Of a DNA stretch of 64,000 nucleotides, positions 41,401 through 49,900 are shown one piece after another (positions within the stretch are counted from its first letter, which is position 1; each line of letters opens with the position of its first letter). The position numbers were made by a program, and so were the translations under genes. The DNA comes from Sedimentisphaerales bacterium (GTDB lineage Bacteria > Planctomycetota > Phycisphaerae > Sedimentisphaerales > Anaerobacaceae), in assembly GCA_040772485.1 (NCBI GenBank), contig JAXGYC010000009.1, positions 320,001-384,000 of the forward strand, written 5' to 3'. The notes below the pieces were generated by a model. That model was not told where the DNA came from. It did no database searches and saw nothing but the letters and a program-made list of their open reading frames with translations.

Positions 41401-42363
41401 CTGGACGGAACTGCCCAGCTCGGTCTCGATGCCCTCCAGCGTGGATCGGCACCACTGTTCCAGCGCCGTCCGAGCGCCGGCCAGCGCGTTCTGAAAAGCC
41501 CCGCAGGTCTGGCGAACCTGCGACTTGGCCTTTCGCCAGATGACGCGTTCCGCCAGGCCGGCGGCGATCAGACCGATCCCAGCGGCGATCGGATACGCGA
41601 TTTGAGCGGATGGGAGCCCCGGGACCTTCAGGCCGTATAAGATGGCCAGCAGGATAAGAGCAACACCCACCATCCCCGCCGCCAGCAGTGCAGGACGCGT
41701 GCCGACGAAGACCTGGGCGGTCCAGAGACGTTTCAGCGTTGCCAGATGCTGCTCGGCGAGGGCCTGGTGCGATGCGTAATCGCCGCCTGCAGACGGCGTC
41801 ACGGTCTCATTCGCCTCGATTCCGTGCTGCCTGTAGAGTCGCACGAGTTGGCCGGCCTGCTGTTCGAGGCCGTCGAGATAGTGACGCGCGCCGGCGACCG
41901 TCGATTCGGTCTCCTGCCGTCGCTGGGCGCTCTTGGCTACGGCGCCTTCGGCCACAAACTCGGCGACCAGGACCTGATCCTGGTGCTCCTTCTCGGCTTT
42001 TTGTTCCAGTTCGACGGCCGTCTGGTTGACTTTCTTTCGCCGATACTGGATGTCGACCTTGACGTCGCTGAGCTGTTTCTCGTAGTTGGCGCGGATCTCC
42101 TCGACGCGGTCGTCGTAGTGGTCCTGAATCTCCTTGCCGCGGGTGTTGCGGTGCAGCTCGATGCGGCCTCGCTCGGCGTCGAATCTGTCCTGGGCCTTGT
42201 TCCTGGCCGCCTCGTAATCCGACTCGATGCGCGAGTCCAGCGGTCCAACGACCTCAGCCGACAGTTGGATCACCTCCGCCAGCGCCTGACGCTGGAGGTC
42301 GGTATAGTTATCGTCGGCCACCGGGGCCGCCCTGTGCAGATAGGCTTCCAGATCAGCGTTCAT
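38440..42363 (-). CDS. FtsK/SpoIIIE-domain membrane ATPase (EssC/EccC-like)
   Basis: Coiled coils around two TM helices; GKTGSGKS, LIDFKQGVEF, LIVDEFQ, RQGRAFGIHVVLGSQ. Confidence 0.88.
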   Translation of the reverse strand: MNADLEAYLHRAAPVADDNYTDLQRQALAEVIQLSAEVVGPLDSRIESDYEAARNKAQDRFDAERGRIELHRNTRGKEIQDHYDDRVEEIRANYEKQLSDVKVDIQYRRKKVNQTAVELEQKAEKEHQDQVLVAEFVAEGAVAKSAQRRQETESTVAGARHYLDGLEQQAGQLVRLYRQHGIEANETVTPSAGGDYASHQALAEQHLATLKRLWTAQVFVGTRPALLAAGMVGVALILLAILYGLKVPGLPSAQIAYPIAAGIGLIAAGLAERVIWRKAKSQVRQTCGAFQNALAGARTALEQWCRSTLEGIETELGSSVQKKDVELRRAHETFETARANISRQRNTSLQEIEHRRVEAFDQLKKERDNALNQAQEHVEQERSALDQECRQRLAEIQQRYDSEMGECRSQYETSRQHLQQRWDEGLAQIRALLNRASELDKAFVADWEHLIDRSPTMSDASASAVRFGTLRLDLKPLSESVRARAGQTLDTASLMELPAVLEFPQHCSMLLQSGREGRQEAIETLRATMARLFTSLPPGRVRFTIFDPVGLGESFAGFMHAGDYLESLVGGRIWTEAAQIRQQLEDLTGHMENVIQKYLRNEFETIEQYNEQAGELAEPYRFLVIADFPVNFNEESARRLSSIIHSGPRCGVHTLIACDARQELPSGIDIEDISAGSIHLVYDKNRFVWRDPVLKRFPLTPDKPPSESVLTNLMHAIGKAGASSARVEVPFQTIAPTDEQLWSLDSSRELSVPLGRTGATRLQRFRVGHGVAQHTLIAGKTGSGKSTLLHVMVTNLALWYAPDQVELYLIDFKQGVEFKTYVTNRLPHARAVAIESDREFGLSILQRLDAEMAHRGNLFRDAGVQDIAAYRSATGKTMPRTVLIVDEFQVFFSEDDKLAQDAIVLLEQLVRQGRAFGIHVVLGSQTLGGAFGLARSTMGQMAVRIALQCSEIDSQLVLDDENTAARLLSRPGEAIYNDAGGAVAGNSPFQVAWLSDAVRDSYLSRIAARGPEPREPMIVFEGNVPADIRENRQLAACVAANGDSPVPAPKIWLGSPVTIKEPTAVVLRRQSGGNILMVGQRDEAAMNLMTGACVCLASQLPRSSVEFVILDGSAPDSAQAGAFARVTRVLPHPCRIVAWNDVPAAIAALSQKANERIEADRNDEATVVLLVYGLQRYRMLRRSEDSFGFSMGSEEATPRPDVQFAGLLRDGPPVGIHVVAWADTLGTLERTFDRQTVREFDHRILFQMSAADSSTLIDSPAANQLGFHRALLYSEEQGGLEKFRPYGPLPDDWLADLGRKWALRRGE

Positions 42364-42593
42364 AGGCCGGGTTCCGAACTGTCCTTACAATCATGGCGCG
42401 CCGCCTCGATGGCGCTGCCGATTCGCTCCATCGCCAGGACGGCCGACCGGATGTTCGCCTCCAGCAGCGCCATGTACTGCTGCTCGAAGCGCCGGGCGTT
42501 CTCATCGCGCCAGTTCTCCCTGGTCTGCTGCCAGTCGGCCAGCAGTTTCTTGCTGGCCTGAACGAGTTTGGCTCGGCTTTCGATCGCGCTCAT
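42360..42593 (-). CDS. Small WXG100-like helical protein
   Basis: 77 aa, ENWRDENARRF, translationally coupled to both neighbours. Confidence 0.65.
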   Translation of the reverse strand: MSAIESRAKLVQASKKLLADWQQTRENWRDENARRFEQQYMALLEANIRSAVLAMERIGSAIEAARHDCKDSSEPGL

Positions 42594-43573
42594 GCGGTAT
42601 TGTCATTCCCATCGAAGACTGTCAGGGTCGCATTGCGACGGTCTATCACCACCAGAGACCCTTCGGGCAGGCTCAGCACCCTCTGCAGTTGAGGCTGCGC
42701 CTGCAACAGGTCGGCCGTGCGCACGGCGACATATTCGCTCGATTGGGCCTCATCGCCGGCGCCGACGAACCATCCCGAATCTCCGTCTGCGGCGTTGGTG
42801 CGAGCAAGGAAGACCACCTCGGGCTGCCGGCCGGTGCAGGCGATCAGAACCCGATCCTCCGGCGCCGGAGCATAGGGTTGGTCTTCAAGCGATGCCTCAG
42901 GCATCGCGATTCCCGTGATCCATTCGGGTACTGCCGCCGCCGGCGCTTCCGTTCGCATCTGGGGGGCAGGAGTCCTGCGGCGAAGACGCTTTGCGAATGC
43001 TCGCAGGTCCGGCGGGGCCGGTGCAGGCGCCGGCCGCAGCACGCTTTCCTTCGCGGCCTTGTCGAACTCCACCGACGCTTCGGGCGGCGCCAAGGCGACA
43101 TAGGCCTCCAGCGAGTCAATCATTTTCTCCAGTCGGGCCATCGCGTTGGGGATGTCCGCGTCAATCGCGCCGACCAGACCCTGAACGCCACCCCGGTAGT
43201 CGGACTGCAACTTATCGATCTGCTGAATCCACGACCGTGTCCGCGCGAGCTTGGTCTGGGCCTCGCGCAGCCGACGTTCGGCGATGGCCAGCGCCTTCCT
43301 TTCCTCGACGGCCGAACTCGTTGTTCCGGAGAGCGCCCGATCCAGGACGTTCTTCTGTTTCAGGGCCAGTTTGGCCTGTGTCACGCGCTCGGCACACACG
43401 TGAACCTGGTTCGACCAGTATCGCTTGCGATCTTCGTTCAGCCAGGCCAGCGTCCGCTGAACGTCGGTGCTGACTTCATCCAGCGCCACTGCCGCTGTGT
43501 CGGAAAACGTGGCCAGCGAAGCCTTCAGAGACTTCAGCAGGACAACCGAATTGACTCTCGCGCACTGGCTCAT
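42590..43573 (-). CDS. Coiled-coil protein with C-terminal Imm33/DUF2185-like domain
   Basis: Helical N-half ending LEAYVAL; C-terminal GDSGWFVG...LLQAQPQLQRVLSLPEGSLVVI. Confidence 0.6.
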   Translation of the reverse strand: MSQCARVNSVVLLKSLKASLATFSDTAAVALDEVSTDVQRTLAWLNEDRKRYWSNQVHVCAERVTQAKLALKQKNVLDRALSGTTSSAVEERKALAIAERRLREAQTKLARTRSWIQQIDKLQSDYRGGVQGLVGAIDADIPNAMARLEKMIDSLEAYVALAPPEASVEFDKAAKESVLRPAPAPAPPDLRAFAKRLRRRTPAPQMRTEAPAAAVPEWITGIAMPEASLEDQPYAPAPEDRVLIACTGRQPEVVFLARTNAADGDSGWFVGAGDEAQSSEYVAVRTADLLQAQPQLQRVLSLPEGSLVVIDRRNATLTVFDGNDNTA

Positions 43574-43582
43574 CGACTGTTC

Positions 43583-43855
43583 TTAACGCTGCTGGAGGTA
43601 ATCTTCGATATGGCGAGCCTTCTTCAGCAGGAAGGACGCATGCTGGGCCGACGATTCAAGGAAGCGACTCAGCGCCTTGACCGTCTGCTCGAACTCCTGG
43701 GTGAACCGCTTCTGCTCCTGATCCATCCAGCTCTTCTCCAACCCGTGCAGTCGGGTCTGCAATGCGCCCATCAGGGCCTCCAGGTCGGAGTTGAAGCGGT
43801 TCAAATCTCGTGCAAACCGCCGCAGCTCGGCCGGGTCAACATTGGCTTTGGCCAT
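43583..43855 (-). CDS. WXG100 family protein (WxD variant)
   Basis: 90 aa; VDPAELRRFA start, central SWMDQEQKRF; GGAGG RBS. Confidence 0.85.
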   Translation of the reverse strand: MAKANVDPAELRRFARDLNRFNSDLEALMGALQTRLHGLEKSWMDQEQKRFTQEFEQTVKALSRFLESSAQHASFLLKKARHIEDYLQQR

Positions 43856-43991
43856 GATCGCCTCCGTGTCACGGGACCGCGTGTCCCTTCGAAATCCAAT
43901 CGTTCGTAGTGGGCACGACCCATATCGCTATTATACCGCATCGGGGCGGCACCTGCCACTGCTCGCTGAGTTTCGCGCCGCCATGAACGGT

Positions 43992-44020
43992 TTGCAACCC
44001 GACGTGAGGGCGGCTATAAT
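43992..44020 (+). promoter_or_regulatory. Sigma70 promoter of the response regulator (near-leaderless)
   Basis: TTGCAA-17 nt-TATAAT, ATG 8 nt downstream; a divergent TATAAT at 43930-43935 faces the WXG100 gene. Confidence 0.6.
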
Positions 44021-44028
44021 GCGGCGCC

Positions 44029-45402
44029 ATGAGCGATCCGCGAAATGGCAGTGCGAGGATTCTGATTGGTGACGACCAGCCCGATGTGCTGCGGGCGCTG
44101 CGTCTGCTGCTCAAGCCCGAGGGCTACCGGATCGAGGCGGCCGGCTCGGCGGCGGAGATTCTTCGCGCTGTGGCCGAGCATGACTTCGACGTCGCGCTGC
44201 TGGACCTGAACTACGTTCGCGGCAGCACCTCGGGACAGGAGGGCCTTGACCTTCTGTTCAGGATCCAGCAGATCGATGGCACCCTGCCCGTCGTGGTCAT
44301 GACCGCCTGGAGCAGCGTCGAGCTGGCGGTGGAGGTCATGCGTCGCGGGGCCCGCGATTTCGTCACCAAGCCGTGGAAAAACGAGCGCCTTCTGACAATC
44401 CTGCGGACGCAGGTCGAATTGGGCCGGGCGCTGCGAAAGGGGCGACAGCTCGAACAGGAGAACCTCCTGCTGCGGAGCGAAGCCCGGCCGCTCCTGATCG
44501 GCGAGTCGCGGGCGATGCAACCGGTGCTGGAGGTCATCGCTCGCGTCGGACCTTCCGAAGCCAACGTGCTCATCACCGGAGAGAACGGCTCCGGCAAGGG
44601 TGTGGTGGCCCAGGCGCTCCATGCCGCTTCCTCAAGGAAGGACACCACGCTGGTGACGGTCAACACCGCCAGCATTGCCGAGACGATCTTCGAGAGCGAG
44701 CTGTTCGGGCACGTCGCCGGCGCGTTTACCGACGCCAGAACGGACCGGCTCGGGCGTTTCAAACTGGCGGACCGGGCGACTCTGTTCCTCGATGAGATCG
44801 CCAGCATTCCGGTGAATCTCCAGTCGAAACTCCTGCGCGTCCTGGAAAGCGGGGAATTCGAGCCGGTCGGGTCCTCGAAGACCCTTCGTGTGGACGTTCG
44901 GGTCCTCTCAGCGACCAACGCGAATATTGATGAGGAGGTCCGCGCAGGCCGGTTCCGTCAGGACCTGCTCTACCGACTGCAAACGATTCGTCTGCACGTG
45001 CCTGCGTTGCGAGAGCGTCGGGAGGATATTCCGCTGCTGGCGGCGCATTTTCTGCGTCGATATGCGGTTCGCTATCGCAAGAACCTGACTGGTTTCGACG
45101 CGGCATCGATGCAGGTGCTTCTGGATTATTCCTGGCCGGGCAACGTTCGCCAACTCGGTCACACGGTGGAACGGGCCGTCCTGATGGCCCAGGAACCGGC
45201 GGTGCGAGCGAGCGATCTTGGGCTCGAGCCGACCGTCGGCATTCGGCCGGCATTTGACGAGATGACGTTGGGGCAAGTTGAGCAAGTGCTCGTGCGGAAA
45301 GCCCTGTCTCGATTCCAGGGCGACGTCAGCAAGGCCGCCGAGTCCCTGGGGCTCAGTCGAGCGGCCCTGTACCGGCGCATGGAGAAGTACCACATCCAGT
45401 GA
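44029..45402 (+). CDS. Sigma54-dependent response regulator (NtrC family)
   Basis: REC domain, GENGSGKG, ESELFGH...GAFTDA, LFLDEI, WPGNVRQL, Fis-type HTH. Confidence 0.94.
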   Translation: MSDPRNGSARILIGDDQPDVLRALRLLLKPEGYRIEAAGSAAEILRAVAEHDFDVALLDLNYVRGSTSGQEGLDLLFRIQQIDGTLPVVVMTAWSSVELAVEVMRRGARDFVTKPWKNERLLTILRTQVELGRALRKGRQLEQENLLLRSEARPLLIGESRAMQPVLEVIARVGPSEANVLITGENGSGKGVVAQALHAASSRKDTTLVTVNTASIAETIFESELFGHVAGAFTDARTDRLGRFKLADRATLFLDEIASIPVNLQSKLLRVLESGEFEPVGSSKTLRVDVRVLSATNANIDEEVRAGRFRQDLLYRLQTIRLHVPALRERREDIPLLAAHFLRRYAVRYRKNLTGFDAASMQVLLDYSWPGNVRQLGHTVERAVLMAQEPAVRASDLGLEPTVGIRPAFDEMTLGQVEQVLVRKALSRFQGDVSKAAESLGLSRAALYRRMEKYHIQ

Positions 45403-45470
45403 TCGGTTCGCGCCCGTCCTCGCGTCGACGCGATCCCGGTGGATATCGGGATTCGACCTGGGAGAAACAG

Positions 45471-46841
45471 ATGAGCGCTCTGTCACGGTGTCTGACATAC
45501 GAGCAACGAATCTTTCTTCTGAGCCTGATGGCCGGTCTGGTGGGTTCCGTTCCGGCCGTTGTCCTGCTTCTGGCCTCCGGGTACAGCGTCAGGACGCAGG
45601 TGACAGTGATCGTGTTGCTCGCGCTCGTGGCGCTGGGCATTGCTTCCAGCATCGCCGGCAGGGTGGCCTTTCCGCTTCGTACCTTGTCCAACCTCATGGG
45701 GGCCCTGCGGGAGGGGGATTACTCGATGCGGGCCAGGGGCGCCCGGCACGGCGATGCGCTGGGCGAGGCGATATGGGAGGTCAACGCGCTGGCCACCTCG
45801 CTGCGCGAACAGCGGCTGGGGGCGATCGAGGCGACCGTGCTGCTCCGCAAGGTTCTGGCGCAAATCGATGTGGCGATGTTCGGCTTCGACAACGATCAGA
45901 GACTCCAGTTGGTCAACGACAGCGGCCGGCGGCTGCTGGCCCGGACCGAGGAAGAGCTGATCGGTTGCCGCGCCGATGAGCTGGGCTTGGCCGAGTGCCT
46001 CGAAGGCGCTACACCTCGTCTGACGGACATTGCGTTTCCGGGCGGTTCGGGGCGCTGGGAGCTGCGCCGAGGCAGCTACAGAGAGAAGGGCGTGTCACAC
46101 CAACTCCTTTTCCTGTCGGACCTTACGCGTACGCTTCATGAGGAGGAACGCCGGGCCTGGGAGCGGCTGATTCGCACCCTTCGTCACGAAGTCAACAATA
46201 GCCTGACCCCCATTCAGTCGGTGGCCGAGAGCCTCAGGGCGTTGCTCGACCGCCGGCCGCGACCCGACGACTGGGATGACGACCTCCAGGAAGGTTTGGC
46301 GATCATCGCGGAGCGGTCGGAGGCGCTGGACCGGTTCATCGGGGCCTATTCCCGGCTGGCCCACCTGCCGCAGCCGCAGTTGGGCTCGGTGGATGTGATA
46401 GACCTGTTCCGCCGGGTTGTGGGCCTGGAGAAGCGGATGTCGGTGGTCGTGGAAGGCGGGCCGGAGGTGAGCGTCCGCGGCGACCGCGACCAACTGGAGC
46501 AACTGCTCATCAACGTGATCTCCAATGCCGTCGAATCGAGCCTGCTTGCCCATCGCGCCGGAGACGGCCGCGTCTCGGTCAGTTGGCGGACCGACTCGCA
46601 CGCATTCTGGGCGTATGTTGACGACGATGGCGTTGGCCTGGATGCGGCTATCGACGTTTTCGTCCCGTTCTATACGAGCAAGGAACACGGATCGGGGATT
46701 GGGCTGACGCTGTGCCGCCAGATCGCCGAGGCCCACGCCGGCGGCCTGACTCTTGAGAACCACCCCGACAAACCCGGCTGCCGCGCCACACTGAGGCTGC
46801 CGGCCGGAGAGGGTCTGAATCGGCGTCCCGCACAGGGGTAA
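45471..46841 (+). CDS. Sensor histidine kinase
   Basis: Two TM helices, HAMP/PAS-like region, RHEVNNSL H-box, NAVE, DDGVG, GSGIGL. Confidence 0.92.
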   Translation: MSALSRCLTYEQRIFLLSLMAGLVGSVPAVVLLLASGYSVRTQVTVIVLLALVALGIASSIAGRVAFPLRTLSNLMGALREGDYSMRARGARHGDALGEAIWEVNALATSLREQRLGAIEATVLLRKVLAQIDVAMFGFDNDQRLQLVNDSGRRLLARTEEELIGCRADELGLAECLEGATPRLTDIAFPGGSGRWELRRGSYREKGVSHQLLFLSDLTRTLHEEERRAWERLIRTLRHEVNNSLTPIQSVAESLRALLDRRPRPDDWDDDLQEGLAIIAERSEALDRFIGAYSRLAHLPQPQLGSVDVIDLFRRVVGLEKRMSVVVEGGPEVSVRGDRDQLEQLLINVISNAVESSLLAHRAGDGRVSVSWRTDSHAFWAYVDDDGVGLDAAIDVFVPFYTSKEHGSGIGLTLCRQIAEAHAGGLTLENHPDKPGCRATLRLPAGEGLNRRPAQG

Positions 46842-46890
46842 CCTGTGCGCCGCCTGTGCTGTGGAACGCTGGAGCGATTTGCGGAGGATG

Positions 46891-46918
46891 GTAGGGGCGA
46901 ATGATCATTCGCCCGTAC
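46891..46918. repeat. 28-bp REP palindrome, intergenic copy
   Basis: GTAGGGGCGAATGATCATTCGCCCGTAC. Confidence 0.85.
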
Positions 46919-46952
46919 GTCCCCGAGAAGGTGTTGGTCAGAGGAGAAGTGC

Positions 46953-49900
46953 ATGGGAACATTCCGGTCTCACGGTGGCAGCGGCAAGCGCGAGCTTGCC
47001 GATGGTTTAGGGCGCCTGCGAAGAGGTCTCCATCGGCAAGCTTGCGCTTGCCGCTGCCACACGCTCGTGGTCATAGCTGTGCTGACGCTTGGCGCCCAGA
47101 CCAGTGCGAATCAGGCAGACTCCTGGCAGGCGGCTGTGCTGGAGGCGCAGGCTCAGGCGGCTTCGCTTGACCCTGGCAGCGACGCGTTCACCGCGGCGGC
47201 CGAGGAACTCTCGGTCCGGTCCGAGCGCGAATTTCCGATGCAGTGGGACTGGTGCTTGCAAGATGCGGGACCGGACTTTGGCCGGTGGCTGTCGGCTTCC
47301 GCCGCTTCGGCGACAGCGCGACAGGCGGCGGACAAAGCGATCGCGGAACTCGGAGCCGAGGGCAGCGACCTTCGGAATGACTTCGACCGCCTTGTAAGTC
47401 AGTCGACACCCGCCGAGTCGGGACGATGGTTCGAGTTGTACCTCCGCGCCGCCGGCGTGCGTCGCGAGATGCGCCTGCGCACCCTGCATCGGCAGTATCC
47501 TCAGTGGGTCTTCACGAAGCACTGCATCCTGGGCGGCTCGCACTACGCCTACACCGAAGGCCAGTCTGACGCCCAGCACGAGCGGCAGTTCGAGCCGGGT
47601 GCGGCCCTCTGCCGGCTGGAGATCGAAGGCGACCGGTGCACCGTGCGCACGCTGATCGACGACCCCAACGGCGTCATCCGCGATCCGGACGTGTCCTGGG
47701 ACGGCCGTCACGTGCTCTTCGCCTGGAAGAAGTCCGACCGCCAGGACGACTATCACCTCCACGAGATGGAGGTCGCGACAGGCTCGATCCGGCAGTTGAC
47801 GCACGGACTGGGTTTCGCAGACTACGAAGGAGTCTATCTGCCCAACGATGATATCGTCTTCAACTCGACTCGCTGCGTCCAGACGGTGGATTGCTGGTGG
47901 ACGGAGGTGAGCAACCTCTACACGTGCGATCGCGACGGCCGGTATCTGCGCCGTCTGGCTTTCGATCAGGTCCACGACAACTTCCCGACGGTGATGCCCG
48001 ACGGCCGGGTGGTCTATACCCGCTGGGAATACAGCGATCGCGGACAACTCTTCGTCCAGGGCCTGTTTCAGATGAACCCTGACGGCACCGGCCAGACCGA
48101 GTTCTATGGCAACAACTCCTGGTTCCCGACCTCGCTGCTGCACGCTCGCGGCATCCCCGGCACGCAGAAGGTGGTCGCGACCTTCTCGGGTCATCACACG
48201 CTCCAGGTGGGCAAGCTGGGGATCGTGGACCCGGCACGAGGCCGGCAGGAGAACAGCGGGGCCCGGTTGATCGCGCCCGTTCGCGAGACGCCGGCCGAAC
48301 GCATCGACTATTATGGACAGGACGGCGAGCTGTTTCAGTATCCGTATCCGCTCAGTGAGTCGGAGTTCGTAGTTGCCTGCGCGCCGCTCGGCTGGTCACG
48401 CAATCCGACGCGATTCAAACTGTACTGGATCGCCGCCGACGGCCGCCGGGAATTGTTGGCTGCCGATCCGGATGTTTCCTGCAACCAGGCGGTGCCCCTG
48501 GCGGCGCGCCCCCGGCCGCTGGTCCGTCCCAGTCTGGTCGACTACAGCAAGACCACGGGCACGTGCTATCTTCAGGACATCTACGCGGGCCCCGGGCTGG
48601 AGGGCGTGGCCCGAGGCACGATCCAGAAGCTTCGAGTGATTGCGTTGGACTATCGCGCAGCCGGCATGGGCTGGAACTACAACGCCGGTCCGGCCGGTGA
48701 CGCGCTGGTCTGCACGCCGGCTGCCATCGGCAACGGGAGCTGGGATGTGAAGATCGTGTTGGGCGATGCCACCGTGCATCCCGACGGCTCAGCCTTCTTC
48801 AACCTGCCGGCGCGGACGCCCGTGTACTTTCAGGTGATCGACGCGCGCGGATATGCGGCGCAGACGATGCGAAGCTGGCTTACGGTGCAGCCGGGGGAGA
48901 ACGTCTCCTGCCTCGGATGTCACGAATCAAAGAACAGCACGCTGCCCGCGCAGGCCAGACCAAGCAAGGCTTTTGCCGCCGGTCCACAGGACTTGGCTCC
49001 CTTCCAGGGTCCGCCCCGAGGCTTCAGCTTCTCGCGCGAGATCCAGCCCATTCTGGATCGTCACTGTACCAGTTGTCATAACGACACGGAAAGATGGCAG
49101 GAAAGACTGGGACGTGCGACCGCTCGTGTCACCCTGGAGTCGCAGGCTGCCTCGTGTGGCATGGGCTTCCAGCCCATGAAGCATCAGCAGGATGCCGATG
49201 CCAAGAAGAACCGCGGGCAGAATGCTCGCGACACGCAAGGGCGGGACGCCCTCGCCACGGAGGTTGCTTTCAGTCTGTGCAGCACCCCAGTGACCGAGAG
49301 CTTGGCCAAGAGGCAGTGGAGCGCGAGCTATCTGGCTCTCGTCCAGGCGACGCAGAAGACGCTGGAAGGGCATCTCTATCTGGCGGGGACGAGCAACGCC
49401 TTGGTGAACTGGATCAGCGCGCAGTCGGTGCCTGACATGCTGCCGGCGTACTCGGCCGGGGCGGCCCGCAGCCGGCTGCTGAGCCTGCTGGCCGAAGGCC
49501 ACTATGATGCCCAGGTCACAGCGGAGGAGATCGAGAGAATCGCCTGTTGGATCGACCTCCAGGTGCCTTTCTGCGGTGATTACCAGGAGGCGAGCCAGTG
49601 GACCCGCGAGGAACAGCAGCGATACGAGCACTTCCTCGCTAAACGCCGACGCATGGAGGAACTGGAGCGTCGACACATCGCCGCATGGCTGAGCGCGCAC
49701 AAGCCCAAGACGCAGACCCCGGCGCCGGGCAGCAGCGACAAAGATGCTCACCTGTCACCCTTGGCGATGGCTGTAAACGCCTCTGGAAAAGAGCTTTACA
49801 TTGTTGCGGCTGCCGGTCGACAGATTCTCGTCGTCGATCGGGCGACATGCTCGGTCCGCCGGAAGATTGATCTGACCGAGGCGCCGTCAGGCGTTGCGAT

